From: Octopus vulgaris
Taxonomy: Eukaryota
DNA length: 64,000 nt
NCBI GenBank assembly: GCA_951406725.2
Contig: OX597825.1
Coordinates: 25,544,001-25,608,000, forward strand
Direction: 5' to 3'
The translations under genes were made by a program, and so were the position numbers. Under the pieces are notes generated by a model that was not told the origin of the DNA, made no database searches, and saw nothing but the letters and a program-made list of their open reading frames with translations. Of this stretch, positions 57,832-64,000 are shown one piece after another (within the stretch, counting starts at the first letter, position 1; every line of letters starts with the position of its first letter).

Positions 57832-58999
57832 AATATAAATTGTTTCAAAATCTCAAATCCCATCTCTCAAATCCATTCCGTACTGATGCTGTCGGTACAG
57901 AAGCCGAAGTTTTTGCAATACTCATCGCTCCGTCATCTAGTTTCATCACCTGCATGCAAGCTTTTCCTCTTTCGAAACACGCCACAGTGTGATACATTCC
58001 CAAGTCAGGCCTTCCCTTCCGAAACTCTTAGATCACCCTCACTTCTAAATTCTCAATTATGACGGAGACAGCCACTAAGAACAGTCATCTCAGACAACTT
58101 GACTTTCTTTTTCCTCTTCCACGGCCAGCAATATTGTTTGTGTAAAGTTTCATCTATTGGAGCTTTATTCTACTTTATCATTAGTCGGCTGTGACCCTTG
58201 ATATATTTGACAAACGCTGTGCAATTGACTCGACATCGGGGTAACTTTCGACTGTATCTGTTACACAAATCTATTAGCAAAACTATTCAATTAGAGGCTG
58301 CACCCATCACACTGTTTAGAACAAAATCTTGTCAAATCAAACTGCCTCGGGGTTTACCAATTTTAGTGTGCTCTAAGATTCGGTTCTGCACTTAACCATT
58401 GTTTGTGTGCAATATAGATATTACTTGTCAAATCTGAACTGTGACCTCAAAAATATCTTTGAGTAGGGCCGTAGCAATCATGAACTGTCATCATATAAAA
58501 AATGCAAAATTATAGCGCGTATCAAGAAAATATTGTCACATCAAATTGCTGTTTGTGGGCAGCATACTGTTAGAACTTCTCGTGATTACAACAAATATTG
58601 TATCACAAAGATTAAGTATTCAGAACCAGAAAATGCTTCAGCCACCAATAACTATTAAATCCCAACAATGCTCAAGCGAGGCCCAGTGTGGGTTACTGCT
58701 CTCATACCTGGGTTGCAACTGCTGACGCACAGAAATATATTAGTGAGCATAAAAATGGTTTTCTTTGTTGTTCGGAATGAAATCGTGAAACCGTAACACA
58801 ACAACCTCTGACTAATGTGCCGTTTTCGTCCTCCCCTTGCTTTCACGGCTAGTGCCGTGGGCTCAGTTCCCCAGAAACGACTCATCTTGTGCAATCTCTA
58901 CTCAAGCTTTTCTCCTCTTACCATCACTCATCCTTGTTTTCGTACTAATCATTCAAGAGGACGTCTTTCTGCTTGGATTCCCTCCCTGCATTCTTTTAT

Positions 59000-59340
59000 T
59001 ATTTTGTTCTTTTATTTGTTCCAGTCATTTGACTGTGGCCACGCTGGAACATCACATATAGTCGAACGAATCGACCCCAGGACTTATTCTTTGAAAGCCT
59101 AGTACTTACTCTATCGGTCTCTATTGCTGAACCGCTAAATTACAAGGAAGTGAACACACTAACATCGGTTGTCAAGCGATATATACAACGGGTTTCTTTC
59201 AGTTTCCGTCTATGAAATCCACTCACAAGTCTTTGGTCCGGCCGAGGCTATAGTTGAAGACACTTGCCCAATGTACCACGCAGTGGAACTGAACCCGGAA
59301 CCATGTCGACGGGAAGCAAGCTTCTTACCACATAGCCACG
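59000..59340 (-). mobile_element. SINE type A
   Basis: cagtcatttgactgtggcc...cttaccacatagcc. Confidence 0.88.
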
Positions 59341-59782
59341 TCTTGGCGTATGTATTTAATTTCGTTGAGTTGCAACCGTTAGAAAGGAACGTAATCGGTT
59401 CCAACATCACGATTCGGAGATAGACTGTCAAAACAATAAGAACAACTGACAGAACAAGAAAAAAACAAATGACAAAATAAAACTACCATTTTAAACATAG
59501 TGGATGACTTATAACATAAAAATCTACTTCCCTCTATAGATAACACGGTTGACAACCAATCAATAAGACAGGGCAACGTACAAGAATCAAAACATTTATA
59601 TTAAAACTAAAAAAATATTAGACACTCTGGCCATCCATCTAGGTGACGTACACCAACTGAAACAGCTTAATATATTGCCAAACCCTGGAGAAGACTACAA
59701 TATCCACAAAACAAGGTGAACGGTAGCATATCAGTTCCCTGAGCTGGAGAATGGTGTTGTTGCATTAGCGTTGAGGAATGTC

Positions 59783-60200
59783 AGGAGCGGCTGTGTGGTA
59801 AGTAGCTTGTTTTCCAACCACATGGTTCCGGGTTCTGTCCCACTGGGTGGCACCTTGGACAAGTGTCTTCTACGATAGCCTCGGGCCGACCAAAGCCTTG
59901 TGAGTGGATTTGGTAGACGGAAACTGAAAGAAGCCCGTCGTATATATGTATATATATATATATTTATATATATATATGCATGTGTGTGAGTATATGTTTG
60001 TGTGTCTGTGTTTGTTCCTTCAACATCGCTTGACAACCGATGTTGGTGTGCTTACGTCCCCGTAACTTAGCGGTTCGGCAAAAGAGACCGATAGAATAAG
60101 TACTAACTAGGCTTACAAACAATAAGTCCTGCTCAAACTAAAGGCGGTGCTCCAGCATGGCCACAATCAAATGACTGAAACAAGTAAAAGTGTAAAAGAG
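59783..60200 (+). mobile_element. SINE type A, full length
   Basis: Near-identical organisation to 23488-23905. Confidence 0.93.
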
Positions 60201-61194
60201 ATTGGTAGTAATGATTGGGACTATGTGTTCATCATTGTTGTCTTGCTATCACCGGTTAGCTAATTCAAGACGAAATTATTCAGTGCTCTTTTGTTAGACT
60301 ATTATTTCATATTTCCTCGCAAGAATATGAAAAACACGTTTATACGAGAGACTGGTTAGCCGTCTTCATTGTTATAAGATACAGAAATTAAAATACAAAA
60401 TTGATATTCTTTTTGTTTTCTTTTAGTCAGTGTTTATTCAAAAATGAGTCTCACGAAAGTTAAATGATCAATTGCCAACAACATTGGCGATCGGAACTGA
60501 ATTGGCTTTCATCGATCAGGCAAATTTCTTTTATTTTGCGCTCGGTGTCGTTTTTTCACTTTAGTTCTGATAAGGAAGGTCTGTGATCAAAATGTTGTGA
60601 TTTGAGGCTGATTCACTTGCTATAACTAGCAGGTCATGTATCGGTGCAGAGACACACTCGTTGAAACGGGCATACCATAAAACTATACAGTTTTAAAAAC
60701 AGATAAATGTATTTTTATTATTTGAATTATTTTCATACCAAATAAAAGTTAAATGAAATGTAATTTAATACTTAAAAGAAAGGTGTATATTGATTCGAAT
60801 AAAACTGTTTAATGTTGAGAAGAACGGTGTTCAAAACTTCGTATTTGTTTACATTCGAACTGAAGCTATTTAGAACCACCAATAATATTTTAAAAGTTTT
60901 ATAATAAATAAATATAATAAATATTTTTACGAAGTATAGAATCACAAAGCAGAATTTAAATGATAGTTAAATTCTATTTAATTCAAAGGTAATAGAATTA
61001 AAGTTAAAAGATTCATCTTGGTTTAACTGTCGTTAATATTTTGGAAATTATTTGAATCACTTGGTTTATGACAATACAAAATATGAAGCAATGGAATTTA
61101 TTGATTCAAACAGGATAAAAGCTGCGTTTAAAAACATTTTGGTCTTTAAGGAGCGGAATGATGATGATGATAATAATAATAATAATAATAATGC

Positions 61195-61400
61195 TTTCAA
61201 ATTTTGGCACAAGGCCAGCATGTTCGGGAGAGAGTTCAAGTTGATTACATTGACCCCTGTGCTTAACTGGTAATTATTTTTTTTCCACCCCAGAAGGTCA
61301 ACTCAGCCCCAGTGGTATTTGAACTCACTATGTAAGGACGGACGAAATGCCGCCAAAAATTTTTCACGGCGTGTTAACGACTCGGCCAGCTCGCCACCCT
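61195..61400 (-). mobile_element. SINE type B variant
   Basis: tttggcacaaggccagc...ttgaactc...gccagctcgcc. Confidence 0.8.
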
Positions 61401-61424
61401 GATGATGTTGATGATGGTGATGAT

Positions 61425-62240
61425 CCTTTCTTTATTAGTCATAGGGGCCACACACAAAAACAAAGGACGGTACAACATAAAGGTGCAGTAGGGATTTACA
61501 TATAGTACATGTAAGGAGTAAAAAAAAATCAATAAAAACTGGCATTAAAAATTCGAACAATAATATTTCCCCAAATGGTGGAAACTCCATCTAGGGGCAA
61601 CCAAGGAAAACTATACATCCTTGACACATCGACCACTAAGGGTACTTCTGCTTAACCTCTCCACCGTACAAACATATGCTCAGACTAGGCCCATTCACAC
61701 AGTCCTCCCACGCCACATTCACACCTTTCAAAACAAGTACTGGGTGGGTAGGGTTCGGCACTTTTCTCTCCACCCTCACTTTCCTTTTCAGGTGGAACTT
61801 GAAAAAGTCGACGAAAGCTTGGTCAAAGAGGAAAGTATCTATCTTCTGTCATTTCAACTTCATCTACCACACTACCTCTTTCGTCATAGCCACCAGACAG
61901 TTGAAAACTGCCTTCCTTTCCCGACCAAAAGAAGGCGTGGGGTGGGCAAACATCTTCCTCTCTGTCCGTTTCTGAATGAGACTGGCCACCTTGCTCGTCA
62001 TTCTCCTCCTGTTCTTCTTCTCCTAGAGGTACGGGCCACACCAGAACCCGAACAATTTAACTGCTTTTTCCGTCCAGCGCTCTACGACGCTCTCTGACTG
62101 TATGGACTTTTGATGTTAATTTTTCCTCCTGCCGCCGTTTCTTACTCAGAGCAGTGTCGACCACTCCCATTTCTCAGAGCATCCGACACTTTAACGGTGA
62201 CACTATTACGCCTAAGTCGACATGGACCTTCCGCATTCTA
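61425..62240 (-). mobile_element. L1/Tx1-like LINE 3' portion with an internal deletion
   Basis: RWTEKAVKLFGFWCGPYL...VASLIQKRTERK / PSFGRERKAVFNCLVAMTKEVVW...FFKFHLKRKVRVER, then a UTR ending aataaagaaag. Confidence 0.7.
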
Positions 62241-62291
62241 GTTATGAAAATATTAGAAATAAGCTAAATGATTACTATCCATCCATCCATA

Positions 62292-62942
62292 CGTGGTCTG
62301 ATCAATAAGTATTCAGAGTGCTGCCAGAGTAACGAAGCTAAAGCATGCAGAGTATAGCCGCTTGCCATAGATTGACTATGAACTTTGTTGTGCATGTGCA
62401 CTAAGTTTTAACGTTGTAGCTCAGTTCCACTGTTTACAGTAGTGTTTGGAAGGAAGGTGTGTAGCGTGTAATCGTGGTATTGGCCATAACGGGAAGAGTT
62501 GAGCAGAGAGTCTGCGTCAAATTTTGCCAAAAGCTTGGTAATACCTGCTCAGAGGCCTACGCAAATTTTCAAAAGGTTTTCATCATTTTCGACACAATCA
62601 AGGAGATCCTGTGCAACTCAAACCCGAGTTTCATTTTGGTCAGCCGAAAGCATTTTAGCACAAACTTAGCAGACTTGCGTCTCTCTATCCAAATCTTCCG
62701 TGATAATGGACTGAACTGAACTGTAACTAATCTGCACATTCTCTGATAACTCACGGACGGTGATTCGACGATTTATCCTCACAGCTGTACGCACACCTGC
62801 GATGTTTTTCTGTGCTGGTTCCGGGTCTCCCACACTGTTCGTCAATATCAACATTTTTTCGGCCATCTTGGAAACGTCTGAGCGTCTCGTACACTTTTGT
62901 GCAGCTCATACACTCCTCTCCATACACTTTCTGCAACTTTGA
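62292..62942. mobile_element. Mariner 5' half with an internal inversion
   Basis: Plus strand: TA|CGTGGTCTGATCAATAAGT end and EQRVCVKFCQKLGNTCSEAYA. Minus strand 62942-62566: LQKVYGEECMS...GRP...NRRITVRELSE...SAKFV. Confidence 0.85.
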
Positions 62943-62963
62943 ATACACACACACACAGACATA

Positions 62964-64000
62964 TAAATGGTCATCCCATAAGTTATGTCCGAATTTACCT
63001 TTTTTAAATTGAATGAAATTTAATAGTATTTTAGAATGTCTAACGGAATTAAAAAATATTTTTATGTATTTGTGCACATTTAAGCTAATTAAATATTATT
63101 TTACAGAACAATAAAATTAAAATTTCTTTGATTAAAATCCTTTCAAACATGGAAGTATCCAAAGAACATTTGAGGCACACAATGCTTATGAATACAAAAA
63201 AGAAACTCTGCAGCCGAAGCGACTCGAAACATACACTTAGTTTAAGTAAAGAATGCTTGAATGAAAGAACTTGCGGAAGATGGTTTGCAAAATTCAGAAG
63301 TGGAGATTTCAGCCTTGAAGATGAAGATCGAACAGGACGTCTAGTTGATTTTGATAAGCTCCTTGAGGCATTACTTGAAGAAAATCATGCGTTATCAGTC
63401 GAAGAATTGGCCATAAAACTTAGTTAAAACCATACAACTGTTCATCGTCATCTTCAACAACTTGGAAAGCTTCCTAAACTTGGAAAATGGGTGCCTCATG
63501 AATTGTCCGAAAGCAACTGCAAATCCCGTGTTGACATCTGCTCTTCTCTCCATTCTCGAGAACTCATTTCACCCTTTTTGACTGGTGACTGGTGACGAAA
63601 AATGAATCTTCTATCGAAATGTTAAACGTCGTAAACTGTGGCTTGGTAAAAGGGAAAAAGCTCAACCACAACCGAGAAGGGAACTTCATGAGAAAAAAGA
63701 TTCTTCTCTCTATCTTGTGGGATTGCAAAGGAGTAATTCACTTTGAATTGTTACCACTTAATGCAACAATCAGTGCTCAAGTCTATTGTCAGCAATTAGA
63801 GCATTTGAACTAAGCTTTGAAATAAAAAATACACGCTTTAGTGAATCGAAATGGAGTGATGTTTCATCAGGACAATGCGCGACCCCCCACTGCAAAGATC
63901 ACATCACAGAAAATCGAAGAGCTTGGTTGGGAAAATATTCCTCATCCACCTTATTCTCCTGATCTTGCTCTCTCAGACTACCATTTGTTTTGTAGTTTAC
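62964..64000 (+). pseudogene. Mariner (DD34D-type) element with decayed transposase, running off the window end
   Basis: ATG at 63149. RWFAKFRSGDFSLEDEDRTGR, GKWVPHEL, TGDEK, FHQDNARP, HPPYSPDLALSDYHLF. Contains stops and frameshifts. Confidence 0.93.

Overview
AT-rich eukaryotic genomic DNA, most likely intronic or intergenic. The SINE families and microsatellite density point to an octopus or other coleoid cephalopod; this is inferred from recognition, not from a search. No intact protein-coding gene, rRNA, tRNA or CRISPR array is supported, and most of the ORF track is translated microsatellite. The window is a mosaic of (TA)n, (TATG)n, (ATCT)n and (AAT)n arrays plus decayed mobile elements: four tRNA-derived SINE types, Tc1, mariner and maT remnants, R4/Dong-type RLE LINEs sitting in microsatellites, RTE, L1/Tx1 and L2/CR1-like fragments, Helitrons and MITEs. 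The most notable signal is about a dozen minimal type-I hammerhead-ribozyme (HHR)-like motifs with palindromic stem III, of the kind carried by Penelope-like elements. Three use a U3:A8 covariant core, and two sit head-to-head inside near-perfect 105-110 bp inverted repeats. Other highlights are an R4-like family apparently targeting (TACA)n, a 3' tail shared by a SINE and a Tx1-like LINE, and a TTAGGG-containing MITE. All calls were made by eye, and boundaries of decayed elements are approximate.
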